DNA of 64,000 nt from a virus (IMGVR_UViG_3300032243_001145:1-64000), one strand, 5' to 3'; positions 14,916 through 24,317 are shown, counted from the first letter of the stretch. The notes: generated by a model not told the origin, from the sequence alone. Translations and numbers: made by a program.

Positions 14916-14948
14916 TTAAAGGGGCAAGACCAAGTCCTGCCCCTTTAA
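14916..14948 (-). terminator. terminator hairpin
   Basis: TTAAAGGGGCA/TGCCCCTTTAA. Confidence 0.75.
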
Positions 14949-14958
14949 TTGAAGTTAT

Positions 14959-15975
14959 TTACTTCTTAAGTGCAACCTTAGCTTTTGGATTCTTTGCGTT
15001 CCACTTCTTTGCAAGAGCGTTATACTCTGCGATGTAAGTGGCCTTATCAAGATCTGCTGCTGCTGTTGCGGTTATTGTTGCTGCTTTTGCATCGGCAAGA
15101 GCTTTATCTGCTGCAACCTTGTCTGCTGCACGTCCAGCTTTTTCTGCTGCAAGTGCTGCATTAGCAACTGCTAGTTCTGAATTCTTTGCTGCAAGTTCGC
15201 CTGCAAGATCACGAACTGCTACTGTTGCAACTACAGAACCTACTGGTGCTGCAAGTCCTGTTACGGCTGTTGCTACTGTTGCGTATGCTGTAACTACAAC
15301 TGAACCTGAAGCAGGAAGTGTAACTGTCTGCTCCTTAGTTCCAAGTGTTGCTACTGCTGTATCTGTTGTAAGCGCTGTTGCAGTTGCTGCACCATTTGAG
15401 CTTACTAAAGTATTAATTGTTGCTCCACCCTTTAAGTTTCCAAATACATCGTATCCTGATACCTTAAGTGTTGCAATTGTTCCTGCTGCTCCAGATGCTG
15501 GTGCGGTTAGGGTAATTGAGTTCAAAGCACCTGCGGTACCTTGTACGTAGTATGTAGTTGTGTTTCCACCAACAGTAACTAATACTGTTCCTACTGTAGT
15601 AGTTTTAGTATATACATAAAACTCTGCTGTTGTTCCTGTTCCAACATTAATTGTTAGAGCAGATGATCCGCTTGAAGCGGTTACTGGTGCACTTGCTGTT
15701 GCAAGCGCTGGAACAATAGTTGCATTTGTTGCAACTGCTGATACTGCTGTTCCTGTATCTACAGAAGTAATAGCAATCTTTAATGCATCTGCTGCATCTA
15801 TGCTATTGTCTGCTGGTACTGGAAGTGCTACAGGAGCTGTTGCTACTGTGCCACCCGTTGCTGCAGAACCCGCAACTGTTAGAGTTGTGGTTGCCGCATT
15901 TGCTGCTGGCGATACTAGCATTGTGCTAGTCAGGGCTGCAGCGATGATTAGCGATACTTTCTTAAATGAGTTCAT
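14959..15975 (-). CDS. exported Ala/Thr-rich surface (S-layer/Ig-like) protein
   Basis: Signal peptide ending ANA, beta-rich core with DVFGN, Ala/Lys helical tail. Confidence 0.75.
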   Translation of the reverse strand: MNSFKKVSLIIAAALTSTMLVSPAANAATTTLTVAGSAATGGTVATAPVALPVPADNSIDAADALKIAITSVDTGTAVSAVATNATIVPALATASAPVTASSGSSALTINVGTGTTAEFYVYTKTTTVGTVLVTVGGNTTTYYVQGTAGALNSITLTAPASGAAGTIATLKVSGYDVFGNLKGGATINTLVSSNGAATATALTTDTAVATLGTKEQTVTLPASGSVVVTAYATVATAVTGLAAPVGSVVATVAVRDLAGELAAKNSELAVANAALAAEKAGRAADKVAADKALADAKAATITATAAADLDKATYIAEYNALAKKWNAKNPKAKVALKK

Positions 15976-16022
15976 TTAATTTATTCTCCTTATTTCTTCT
16001 ATTTCTTATATGAAACAGAAAG

Positions 16023-16223
16023 TTAGTGTAATTCATGTATCTTTACATGAAACGAACAGGGATCTCCGCCTTCTTCCCATTCTTGCATTTCTTCATCTGA
16101 CATTGGTGGACCATCATGTGTATCACAAAATACATCTGATACCCACCCACGATCATAACCATTTTTAAGCCATATTTCAAACTCTAAATGATTATTATCT
16201 TTTGAATCAAATTCTATATCCAT
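16023..16223 (-). CDS. hypothetical protein
   Basis: CDTHDG...GGDPC. Confidence 0.75.
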   Translation of the reverse strand: MDIEFDSKDNNHLEFEIWLKNGYDRGWVSDVFCDTHDGPPMSDEEMQEWEEGGDPCSFHVKIHELH

Positions 16224-16516
16224 TCGGACATCTCTTCTAGAATTAAGTGCTTAGGCTTTGCCCCAATAATAGTTTTAACTGGTTTGCCTGACTTAAATAG
16301 TACCATATAAGGTATAGAGGTTACAGAGTATTCTGCTGGTTTAATGGGGTTGTCATCAATATTAATTTTACCAACCCACAGCCCACGTTCATTTGATATC
16401 TCATCTAATATTGGAGATACTCTTTTGCATGGTCCGCACCAGGGTGCCCAAAAGTCGATAAGAACTAAATCATGAGAATCTAGGACTCTATCAAAACTTT
16501 CATCTGTAACTATCAA
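16214..16516 (-). CDS. trxA: thioredoxin
   Basis: DFWAPWCGPCK, SIP. Confidence 0.95.
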   Translation of the reverse strand: MIVTDESFDRVLDSHDLVLIDFWAPWCGPCKRVSPILDEISNERGLWVGKINIDDNPIKPAEYSVTSIPYMVLFKSGKPVKTIIGAKPKHLILEEMSEWI

Positions 16517-16517
16517 C

Positions 16518-16727
16518 TTACTCTCCTTTTAATTCATCCGCAGCTTTATTAAATTTATTCATAAATGTTTGGATCACCCAAACTGCGGTTTCCCCTGCAT
16601 TGACAGACATTGCTTTTGAAGCTTCTTCAGTTCTGTCCTCCATAGCAAGGGCGTTGTACCATTTCTGGTACAACTCCTCACCAATCTCTTTAATAATTTC
16701 TTCAAGTACAGTTAACTTGTTATTCAT
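16518..16727 (-). CDS. hypothetical protein
   Basis: 69 aa in operon. Confidence 0.75.
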   Translation of the reverse strand: MNNKLTVLEEIIKEIGEELYQKWYNALAMEDRTEEASKAMSVNAGETAVWVIQTFMNKFNKAADELKGE

Positions 16728-17826
16728 TAAGTCTTGCTAACTGTGTTGCTTTAAGCGTAGCAAGTTTATCTGCTGCTATTTTAACTGCTGCATCATATTC
16801 TGCTTGTGCTTTTGCAATTTGTGCATTAACATCTGCTTGAAGCGCTGCTTTTGCAGCAGCCAATTCAGCAGGTGTAGGGCCAGCAGGTGTTACATTGTAT
16901 GCAAGCGCTGCATTGATGTTAATAAGCTTTGTAAATGTTCCCTGTCTTCCAATTGTAGAAGATGCTGTTGAACGCAAGGCTGTAAGCAATTGATCATATG
17001 TGTATGCAGGTTTTGCTGACTTTAGTTTAATCCACTGTGCTCCTGCAACTTGAATTGCAGCAGATGAACCTGAAATATTTTTTGAAATATTACCTGGACC
17101 AGCAATTGTAAAAAATCCTGGCGCAAAAAAATCAAGTTTTGCAGTGTCGTTGTTACTTGATGTTGAAATTTCATTTTGTTGATCTACGTAACCAACTGAA
17201 ATTGATTCGTCTAAACATGCTGGCCAATCAATACGTGCATAGTCACGTCCATTTCCTGAAGGAAAAAATGTTGGAATTCCAATAGCAATCAAATCTTTAA
17301 TAGACTGTTGTGTTGTTGGTGTTTTTGGACAATAATCAGTTCCTGCTACAAGATTATGCATTCCCTGAGACATGGTAACCGCTTGAATATTATACTTTAA
17401 AGCATTAGATTTGACCCAATTTAAAGCATTGTAAACAGATGCTTCTCCTGCATTTTGACGCAATCCAGTAGACGTATTTCCAATAATTTTAATAAATACA
17501 ACATTAACATTTGGATTGGTTGCTAAAAATACTGAGGTCATAAATGTTCCGTGATCAAAACCATTTTGTGTAATAAGGTTGCTTGGCATTGATGCCGCAC
17601 CCTTACCTTCCATAAATGACTGACCATTGGGGCATGTTGTCCATTCTAGAATACAAACTTCTTGAACAATTTTACCCTGAAATGCTGGAAGAGATGTGTC
17701 AATTGCTGTATCTAAAATAGCAATTGCTGGTGTAGAATCTGTACGGTTTTTTAATCCCGCTGCATGAGCGGTTGTAGGTACTGCTAGTGTGATTGCGATT
17801 AACGCAGCTATTAGTTTTTTATTCAT
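16720..17826 (-). CDS. secreted S8 (subtilisin-like) serine protease
   Basis: Signal peptide; AILDTAID, HGT, SGN, SGSSAA triad motifs. Confidence 0.85.
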   Translation of the reverse strand: MNKKLIAALIAITLAVPTTAHAAGLKNRTDSTPAIAILDTAIDTSLPAFQGKIVQEVCILEWTTCPNGQSFMEGKGAASMPSNLITQNGFDHGTFMTSVFLATNPNVNVVFIKIIGNTSTGLRQNAGEASVYNALNWVKSNALKYNIQAVTMSQGMHNLVAGTDYCPKTPTTQQSIKDLIAIGIPTFFPSGNGRDYARIDWPACLDESISVGYVDQQNEISTSSNNDTAKLDFFAPGFFTIAGPGNISKNISGSSAAIQVAGAQWIKLKSAKPAYTYDQLLTALRSTASSTIGRQGTFTKLININAALAYNVTPAGPTPAELAAAKAALQADVNAQIAKAQAEYDAAVKIAADKLATLKATQLARLNE

Positions 17827-17832
17827 ATCTTA

Positions 17833-17860
17833 ATTCTACTAAATAATAGCAGGATGTCAA
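17833..17860 (-). promoter_or_regulatory. promoter TTGACA-N16-TAGAAT (leaderless S8 gene)
   Basis: Shares TATTATTTAGTAGAAT with the promoter at 40853-40881. Confidence 0.7.
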
Positions 17861-18036
17861 GGGGTTTCTGTAGGCTTCTTGTACCATTTCCCGCTATCTA
17901 ACGATTCAGTATGGTTCATTGGTGTCATGCCTTGAGTCTCTAATAAATTAGATATACTTAAAGTAAGCAACTCAATATGCATTTCCATTCTAACAACAGC
18001 CAATTCAAGCTGTCTTAATCTTTCTGACCTTCTCAT
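17857..18036 (-). CDS. 59-aa hypothetical protein
   Basis: ATGA-coupled; not in the ORF track. Confidence 0.6.
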   Translation of the reverse strand: MRRSERLRQLELAVVRMEMHIELLTLSISNLLETQGMTPMNHTESLDSGKWYKKPTETP

Positions 18037-18389
18037 TCTTGTATCTCTCTATCTAGTAGTGTCGGTGCTGTTGCCATACTTCCGCAGTTGGCACATTCCA
18101 TATCAAGAAAATATGTAGCTATTTCAAACTCTTCAAATATAACTTTTACGTTCCATATGTTGCAACCACAGGGGCATAAATGTGTTGGTGAGCCTCTTAA
18201 ATCCATTGCGTGATCATAGTTTTCTGGCTTTAAATCGCTTATGCTCAAGGGGTACTCTCTCTTTTGTGACTGCTCTTGCAATTCTTCTAGTTTATTTATA
18301 TAGTAAATTCCAAGAGTATATCTAGCCCTCAACCACTTAAATGATGATATGATAAAAAAAGCTAACATTATGTAGGCAACAGTCTTCAT
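18033..18389 (-). CDS. membrane-anchored Zn-binding protein
   Basis: N-terminal TM, CPCGC...CANCG. Confidence 0.75.
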   Translation of the reverse strand: MKTVAYIMLAFFIISSFKWLRARYTLGIYYINKLEELQEQSQKREYPLSISDLKPENYDHAMDLRGSPTHLCPCGCNIWNVKVIFEEFEIATYFLDMECANCGSMATAPTLLDREIQE

Positions 18390-18403
18390 GATTCAATTAT
18401 ACA

Positions 18404-18961
18404 CTAAACTTGAATATATGTATAGGGTGCTGCTACGCTCATATTAAACTCAGTTGCCGCTTCTAATGCTGCCTTTAAGCGTAATTTAGGGTTCTGTTGT
18501 TTCTTTGTTGCATGTAATGCGCCTAGAGCTATCTGTCCACCACTGCCTTCCGCCATATAGTTAACTATGTTTTCGCCAATATGAAAGTCTTCATCTACTG
18601 TAAATAGTCTACCGCAAACTCCAACTATAAAGATTCCACCTGTATCTTCTTCTGATGCAGATCCAACGCTTCCATATCCGTGATCTTTGAATGCTTGCTT
18701 AACAGAATCAATAAACTTAGTTCTCATAAATTTATCTAATCCTGAATTTGTTTTAGTCTCTGTATATTTTGGAGGAGTCCACATGTATTGTAGGATCTGT
18801 CCCATACGAAATGAGTCTGTAAATGCAATTCCGTATTGACCATTTTTAAATACTTTAGGCTCTTTGCGAGAAAGTATCCATCCAGTTTTATCATCTGATG
18901 CTGCATGATCTGATCCCATGTAAACAACACCATTTTGAGCAATAGCAACAATACAAGTCAT
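18404..18961 (-). CDS. Ntn-hydrolase, HslV/proteasome-beta-like protease
   Basis: N-terminal (M)TCIVAI nucleophilic Thr, KVF, GSGG...ALGAL. Confidence 0.8.
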   Translation of the reverse strand: MTCIVAIAQNGVVYMGSDHAASDDKTGWILSRKEPKVFKNGQYGIAFTDSFRMGQILQYMWTPPKYTETKTNSGLDKFMRTKFIDSVKQAFKDHGYGSVGSASEEDTGGIFIVGVCGRLFTVDEDFHIGENIVNYMAEGSGGQIALGALHATKKQQNPKLRLKAALEAATEFNMSVAAPYTYIQV

Positions 18962-18993
18962 ATTACTAGTATACTATTTTTATATTTGTAGTG

Positions 18994-19302
18994 CTAGTCC
19001 TCATTGGAATGCATTTCTATATGTGTTAATTTAAGCAAAGTTCCTTCTAATTCTGCTTTGACACGAATTAATTCCTGCAAAGCTTCAAAATACTTGTCTT
19101 TCCATTCATTTAAATCTTTTTCTAATTGATATAATTTAATTTGAAGATCTTTAATTTCTAAAAGAAGTTGATCGTGAGCTTTATCTGCTGCCTGGATAAT
19201 CCTTTCTTTTTTTGATCGCCTAGAATTAATCTGCGCTGTAAGAAGACCGCTAATGGCGGCAGCAAAGAGAGTTATTATTATCTCAGTTAGGGGAATATTC
19301 AT
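18994..19302 (-). CDS. TM plus coiled-coil protein
   Basis: N-terminal hydrophobic helix, heptad repeats. Confidence 0.75.
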   Translation of the reverse strand: MNIPLTEIIITLFAAAISGLLTAQINSRRSKKERIIQAADKAHDQLLLEIKDLQIKLYQLEKDLNEWKDKYFEALQELIRVKAELEGTLLKLTHIEMHSNED

Positions 19303-19331
19303 TATATGAATATTATACCGTATTATCTATG

Positions 19332-19568
19332 TTAAATTAATAACTCAGAAGCCGTTATATCTACCCCTACATATTTCTTTTTTGCAATATGCTCTTTTAC
19401 ATGATCAGAACCATATTGTCTTCCTGCTAAAATAACTATCCATCTTGGCTCTAATTTGTTTTCTGTACATGATTTACATAGTAATAAATTTATTGGTAAT
19501 AAAACAGATTTTTTTGCTGCAAGTTCGTTTTTGCTTTTGCTGCAAGAATAACACAATACTTTATCCAT
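19332..19568 (-). CDS. Zn-finger hypothetical protein
   Basis: CYSC...CKSC; likely start MDKVL. Confidence 0.75.
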   Translation of the reverse strand: MDKVLCYSCSKSKNELAAKKSVLLPINLLLCKSCTENKLEPRWIVILAGRQYGSDHVKEHIAKKKYVGVDITASELLI

Positions 19569-19881
19569 GATTTTTGCCTCCTGGCTTTCCTTCAAGCTCT
19601 ACTCTGACTCCGTATGATTCCAAGATATTTTTTACCATTTCTATATATTCTATAACTCTGACTCTCATTGAGCCGTCGTATTGTGCAAAATTATTTTCAT
19701 ACAATCTGATTGCTAAAAACTCTGGGTACTTTACTATGTCCATCTGAAGTGTGTGAATAGGTTTTTTTAACTCTCTTATTTTAAGCGCCATTTCTTTGGT
19801 GTAGAACGTAGGTTTATTTGGTTCACCAGTCCATTCATTTATACCGTACTTAAAATGATCTTTATTTTTATCAATAAACAT
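19561..19881 (-). CDS. hypothetical protein
   Basis: 106 aa in operon. Confidence 0.8.
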   Translation of the reverse strand: MFIDKNKDHFKYGINEWTGEPNKPTFYTKEMALKIRELKKPIHTLQMDIVKYPEFLAIRLYENNFAQYDGSMRVRVIEYIEMVKNILESYGVRVELEGKPGGKNHG

Positions 19882-20182
19882 GTTTTTCCTTTATTCTTTT
19901 CCAGACATCTTTTGTCTTGTGAGCATTTCTTACTTTATCATGAGATCCAGAGTTTAAGTAAACCCCTCCCCAAATTCCGTAATCGCTGTTGGCAACACCA
20001 GCATCGTAGCATAGCTTAATAACTGGGCATGAAAGGCATGCCTCATCAATGCTTTTTGCTATGTTTACATCAGCCTCATACTTATCAAAGAATAGATTTG
20101 TATCCATACCAAGGCACAAGGCTAGCTTGTACCAATCTAAATTATCTTCATCTACATTTAAACTATTTAAAATATTTGACAT
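19871..20182 (-). CDS. whiB: WhiB-family transcription factor
   Basis: WxxxALC...LFF...CLSCPVIKLC...GIWGG; likely start MSNIL. Confidence 0.9.
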   Translation of the reverse strand: MSNILNSLNVDEDNLDWYKLALCLGMDTNLFFDKYEADVNIAKSIDEACLSCPVIKLCYDAGVANSDYGIWGGVYLNSGSHDKVRNAHKTKDVWKRIKEKHVY

Positions 20183-20396
20183 ATTGTTTTGGCAGTTTCC
20201 AGATTCCTTCACGGTTGACAGAAATTTTTTCTGCCTTACCCCAAGCATCTTTTCTATACATACCTTTTGTATCCGTATAGCCGCCACTATCTTTTTTCCA
20301 TATTATAAGTTCATAATTATTCCAAAATGATTCCTGTAACTTTGTTTGAGATCTTTTAATAAAAATCTCAACACCTTTTTCCGTTAAATGTAACAC
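20163..20396 (-). CDS. hypothetical protein
   Basis: GTG start after AAGG; the track extension overlaps tRNA-Leu. Confidence 0.7.
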   Translation of the reverse strand: MLHLTEKGVEIFIKRSQTKLQESFWNNYELIIWKKDSGGYTDTKGMYRKDAWGKAEKISVNREGIWKLPKQYVKYFK

Positions 20397-20411
20397 TTTT
20401 ACCTTTTCTAG

Positions 20412-20493
20412 TACCCGAAGTCGGACTTGAACCGACATGCGATGAAGCAACAAATTTTAAGTCTGTCGTGTATACCGATTCCACCATTCGGGC
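20412..20493 (-). tRNA. tRNA-Leu(TAA)
   Basis: GCCCGAA/TTCGGGT, loop CTTAAAA, long variable arm, TTCAAGT. Confidence 0.93.
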
Positions 20494-20498
20494 ATATG

Positions 20499-20571
20499 CT
20501 GGTCCACCAGGGCTCGATCCTGGGACATCCAAATTAACAGTTTGGCGCTCTACCAACTGAGCTATGGACCA
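20499..20571 (-). tRNA. tRNA-Asn(GTT)
   Basis: TGGTCCA/TGGACCA, loop CTGTTAA, T-loop ATCGAGC (A54). Confidence 0.9.
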
Positions 20572-20598
20572 ATATGCACAAAACCACTGTACTATGTA

Positions 20599-20628
20599 AT
20601 TATACACGGAAAACAGCGGCCTTGTCAA
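20599..20628 (-). promoter_or_regulatory. consensus promoter for the tRNA pair
   Basis: TTGACA-N18-TATAAT. Confidence 0.8.
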
Positions 20629-20631
20629 CGA

Positions 20632-20775
20632 CTATTTAGTTGTTATTTTAACTATATTAACTTTTTTAATTTCGTCATCTATATTAAAAATATCATGAAT
20701 ATATTCACTTGCATCTTCTGGATTAAAGGCTTCTACTTCAACCTCTACATCTAATTTAATGCGGTATTTATTCAT
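20632..20775 (-). CDS. 47-aa hypothetical protein
   Basis: Leaderless, TGCTATAAT 6 nt upstream. Confidence 0.65.
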   Translation of the reverse strand: MNKYRIKLDVEVEVEAFNPEDASEYIHDIFNIDDEIKKVNIVKITTK

Positions 20776-20790
20776 AATCTAATTATAGCA

Positions 20791-21081
20791 TTATTTAGAA
20801 GCTTTTTTATCTACTGCTGTAAATGCTGCATTGATTTCTGATACAGTTAATTTACCATCATCTAGGAATCCACGAGCAAGTTTTTCAACTACTGTAGCAA
20901 CTCCTAATGTTCCAGCTAATATAACTGCTTTATAAGTTTCAATTCCTACAATTGCTCCTGCTCCAATTACAGATAATCCTGATGCTGCAAATACAGCAAT
21001 AATTCTAGCTAGAATATTATTGATGTTTGCAATTGCCCCTGAACCTACCTGCTTTGGATTTTCTATGTATGCTTTAGCCAT
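20791..21081 (-). CDS. 2-TM membrane protein (holin-like) with DDGKLTVSE motif
   Basis: Two hydrophobic helices, TAATG-coupled. Confidence 0.7.
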   Translation of the reverse strand: MAKAYIENPKQVGSGAIANINNILARIIAVFAASGLSVIGAGAIVGIETYKAVILAGTLGVATVVEKLARGFLDDGKLTVSEINAAFTAVDKKASK

Positions 21082-21260
21082 TATTCTTCATCCCATTCTT
21101 TATTTCTAATTGGATATGTTACTGCCCATGCAATTAATGTACAAACAATTGCATATCCTACTACTGTTTTTGCAGAACCATCAAGGACTACCCAGGCAAT
21201 AAACATACCTAGAAGTGTCCAAAGTTGATCTATCATATCTTTGATTATTTTCTTTATCAT
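21081..21260 (-). CDS. 59-aa 2-TM membrane protein
   Basis: WTLLGMFIAWVVLDGSAKTVVGYAIV; ATGA-coupled to the 927-aa gene; not in the ORF track. Confidence 0.75.
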   Translation of the reverse strand: MIKKIIKDMIDQLWTLLGMFIAWVVLDGSAKTVVGYAIVCTLIAWAVTYPIRNKEWDEE

Positions 21261-24040
21261 GGTCTTCTTCTCCTTATTCCCTTGGAATCGCCAGAGGCTC
21301 CTCCTCCACCTGACCCGCCAGAATTGCCTCCGCTTGAACGTGAGCCTCCTGTAGATCCTCCAGTGGAACCTGTTACAGCACCAACAGCATTCAATGCTGC
21401 CCCTGCTGCTACAACTGTTGCAACAACCATTTCAGTTGCTTCTTTTCTTTCTCCTGGAGTCATGTCTGCTCCAATGCTTCCCAATGCTGCTATAGCTGCA
21501 CCTGGGTTATTAAATAATTCTGCTGCAAATGCTGCTGGATCAGATACTAATTCAACTTGTACGGCAACCTCTGCTGTAATAACAACTGCTTCACCATTTT
21601 CAGATGTACGAACATCTACTGGTGTATCTGGTGGCAAGTCTGCTAATCTAATTCCAGCATCTGCAACCTGTTCCTTAGTAAGATTTTCACCTGGTGCAAC
21701 TGATTGAATTAGTGCATCAGCAACAATTTCTTTTTCTGCCTGAGATAATTTGCCGTCTGAACTTGCCAATGCAACAATTGCTGCGACGTCTTCTTTTGAA
21801 ACATTACCATCTGAAGCAAGGGCATCTAGAACAGATTTTTGATCTGCTATTGAAATTTTTCCATCTGCTGCCAATGCATTAATTAATTGATTAGTTTCTT
21901 TTTCATCAACCTTACCATCTGCTGCCATAACATCTGCAATATGTGCTACCTCTGTTGAATCTAATTTTCCGTCCGCCAAAGCATCTTTTACGGTATTGTT
22001 TACTGCTTCTGGTGTGCCCTGTTCTAATGCTGCTTGTTCTGCTTCTGCTGCCGATTGTTCTGCATCCGCTTGCGCCTGTGCATCTGCTTCTGCTTGGGCC
22101 TGTGCTTCTGCCTGAGCAGCCTCTGCATCCGCTTGTGCTTGTGCATCCTGTTGAGCTTGTGCTTCAGCAGCTTCTTGTGCTGCTTGTGCATCTGCTTGCG
22201 CCTGTGCATCTATAGCGGCTTGCGCCTCTGCTGCAGCTTGTGCATCTGATGCATCTTGTGCTGCTTGTGCATCTGCAGCGGCTTGAGCTTCTGCTGCAGC
22301 CTGGGCTGCTTGAGCTTCTGCTGCTGCCTGTGATGCAGCCTCCGCTGCTGCTTGAGCTGCTATTGCTGCCTCCTGTGCTGCTTGTGCTGCTGCTGCGTTT
22401 GCAGCATCTTGCACTGATGTATCTGGTGCAGGTTCAGGTGCTGGAGCGGGTGGTGGAGGTGGTGCGGGAATTGCACTAATTACTGTTTGTGCTTCTGCAA
22501 TTATTGTAGGTGCAGTAGTTACTTTTTCTATTGCTGTGGAAACAATTGCAAGATCTGCTACTTTTGCAGTTAATGTTGTGTTTGCTGTTGCTAATGCAGT
22601 CACAGTATTTTGTGAAACTGTTGCAATCGGAGCAATTACTGTATTTGTATTTGCTGTATTTGCTGCAACAACTGTTGTAATTGTTGAGTTTAATGTAGCA
22701 ATTTGTGCATTAGCTGTATCAATTGCTGATTGTATTGCTGCTGTTGAAGGATCTGGTGTAGGTGTAAATACTGTACCTTGACTAATAGTTCCATTAAATC
22801 CAGGACCAGAATTTGTATCAGCAATAGGAATAATTGTTCCGTTAGTAGTTGGACGTATGTTAAAACGAGCACCATTAGGAATAGGTCCCGTAACACTTAC
22901 ATCGGCCATCCAAGCGCCGTCTGCTGGATTTACATCAGCATTAAATCTAATTTGCGTCATCTGTGTATCAGCTGTTCTTAAAGGATAAACACGAACATCC
23001 CAAGCCACAGAAAGGGTGTTAGTAGTTGTTGAGTAAGTTACGCCAGAGCCATTGCTCCAGGTAGTCCAATCGTATCCTGCTACAGAAACTGATGGGGCAC
23101 TGGGAGTTGAATAATAATTTTGTCCTTCATTTACTCCAAACATAATTGTTCCATTAGATCCTACATAAACATTATTATAAACAGTGTTACCCATTCGTAA
23201 ATTAAATGGAAGGTTCATGCGAACACCAGCATCGTCTGTGTTTGCCAAAACGTTAGTTGATGCTCCGATTGTTGCTGCTAATGCATTTACCGCATCTTGA
23301 GCATTATTAATTGCTATATTTGCTTGAGTTAATTGTGTTTGAGCTTCTGTCCGTGCAGGTGTTACTGCTGCTACCGCCGTGGTTGCAGTTGCAACTGTAG
23401 CTGTGGCTGTATCTATTGCTGTTTGTGCTGCTTGAACTAAAACTGTTGCTGTTTCTGATTGAGCAACTTCTGTTGCAATTGCTGTAGAAACTTGTGCAAC
23501 TGTAGTTGGTGTTGTTGTCATTAATGGAGTTGCTGTGGCTATAACCGTGGCTGTTGCTGATTCAATTACAGGGACTGCTGCTGATACTACTGCTTGAGCT
23601 GCCACAACTTCTGGTGTTTGAGTTGTAGCGCTTACTGGGATTGCTGCTACTGCCTGAGTTACGCTAGTCACGGTTTGAGTAACTGTCTGAGTAACTGCTG
23701 TTGCTGTGTTTACCGCTGTGGACACATTTGATACTTCTGCAACCGCAATGGTTGCTGCTGCAACTGCTGTATTTGCTGCTACTACAGCAGTATTAGATGC
23801 TGATACAGCCTGAACCGCTGTTGCTATTGTTACAGTTGCTGTATCTGATGCCGCTACAGCTTGTGCAACTTCTGTCGTTGCTGTAGCAAGTGCTGTGTTA
23901 ACCGCTTGTTGTGCAGGACTTACTACTACTTGTTCGGCTGGTGCTGGGACTTCATCTGCGTATGCATTGTTTGGGCCAAAAAGGAAAAGCCAGCCGATTA
24001 TAAAAAAGCTGGTTAAAAAATACTTAATCTTTCTAGTCAA
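21257..24040 (-). CDS. 927-aa exported Ala/Thr/Gln-rich surface protein
   Basis: Signal peptide ending AYA, Ala/Thr stalk, globular beta domain, poly-Pro linker, AQA repeats, five DG(K/N) repeats, C-terminal hydrophobic segment plus RRRR. Confidence 0.85.
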   Translation of the reverse strand: MTRKIKYFLTSFFIIGWLFLFGPNNAYADEVPAPAEQVVVSPAQQAVNTALATATTEVAQAVAASDTATVTIATAVQAVSASNTAVVAANTAVAAATIAVAEVSNVSTAVNTATAVTQTVTQTVTSVTQAVAAIPVSATTQTPEVVAAQAVVSAAVPVIESATATVIATATPLMTTTPTTVAQVSTAIATEVAQSETATVLVQAAQTAIDTATATVATATTAVAAVTPARTEAQTQLTQANIAINNAQDAVNALAATIGASTNVLANTDDAGVRMNLPFNLRMGNTVYNNVYVGSNGTIMFGVNEGQNYYSTPSAPSVSVAGYDWTTWSNGSGVTYSTTTNTLSVAWDVRVYPLRTADTQMTQIRFNADVNPADGAWMADVSVTGPIPNGARFNIRPTTNGTIIPIADTNSGPGFNGTISQGTVFTPTPDPSTAAIQSAIDTANAQIATLNSTITTVVAANTANTNTVIAPIATVSQNTVTALATANTTLTAKVADLAIVSTAIEKVTTAPTIIAEAQTVISAIPAPPPPPAPAPEPAPDTSVQDAANAAAAQAAQEAAIAAQAAAEAASQAAAEAQAAQAAAEAQAAADAQAAQDASDAQAAAEAQAAIDAQAQADAQAAQEAAEAQAQQDAQAQADAEAAQAEAQAQAEADAQAQADAEQSAAEAEQAALEQGTPEAVNNTVKDALADGKLDSTEVAHIADVMAADGKVDEKETNQLINALAADGKISIADQKSVLDALASDGNVSKEDVAAIVALASSDGKLSQAEKEIVADALIQSVAPGENLTKEQVADAGIRLADLPPDTPVDVRTSENGEAVVITAEVAVQVELVSDPAAFAAELFNNPGAAIAALGSIGADMTPGERKEATEMVVATVVAAGAALNAVGAVTGSTGGSTGGSRSSGGNSGGSGGGGASGDSKGIRRRRP

Positions 24041-24107
24041 CTAAGGCTCTCCAAAGTAAAACAATATTTTTGCTTACTTAGTAATTATAGCAGAGTGTTA
24101 GTTTAAA

Positions 24108-24296
24108 TTACTTAACATTATCTGTTTTGTAAAAACCATTACCTTTAAATTGTATACCAAATGGAGTAAAGTGTCTTGTCATTACCGACTCACATTCAAC
24201 GCATGTGTATCCTGGATCTTTATCCATAATTGATCTATGAGTTGACATTGTTGGATGTGCATCATCATATGAGCACTTGTATTCGTATACTGGCAT
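24108..24296 (-). CDS. FmdB-family Zn-ribbon protein
   Basis: MPVYEYKC...CVEC...FKGNGFYKTD. Confidence 0.9.
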   Translation of the reverse strand: MPVYEYKCSYDDAHPTMSTHRSIMDKDPGYTCVECESVMTRHFTPFGIQFKGNGFYKTDNVK

Positions 24297-24317
24297 TACC
24301 TATCCTTTAATTTTAGT

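Noticed and set aside
22020-22410. Highly repetitive GCT/GCA/TGT tract that could be mistaken for a CRISPR array or satellite
   Set aside because: It is the in-frame Ala-Gln-Ala coding repeat of the 927-aa protein, with no constant repeat and unique spacers
15038-22981. Long + strand ORFs (15038-15550, 21225-21707, 21943-22781 and others)
   Set aside because: Antisense shadows of Ala/Thr-rich genes, with no RBS or recognisable motifs
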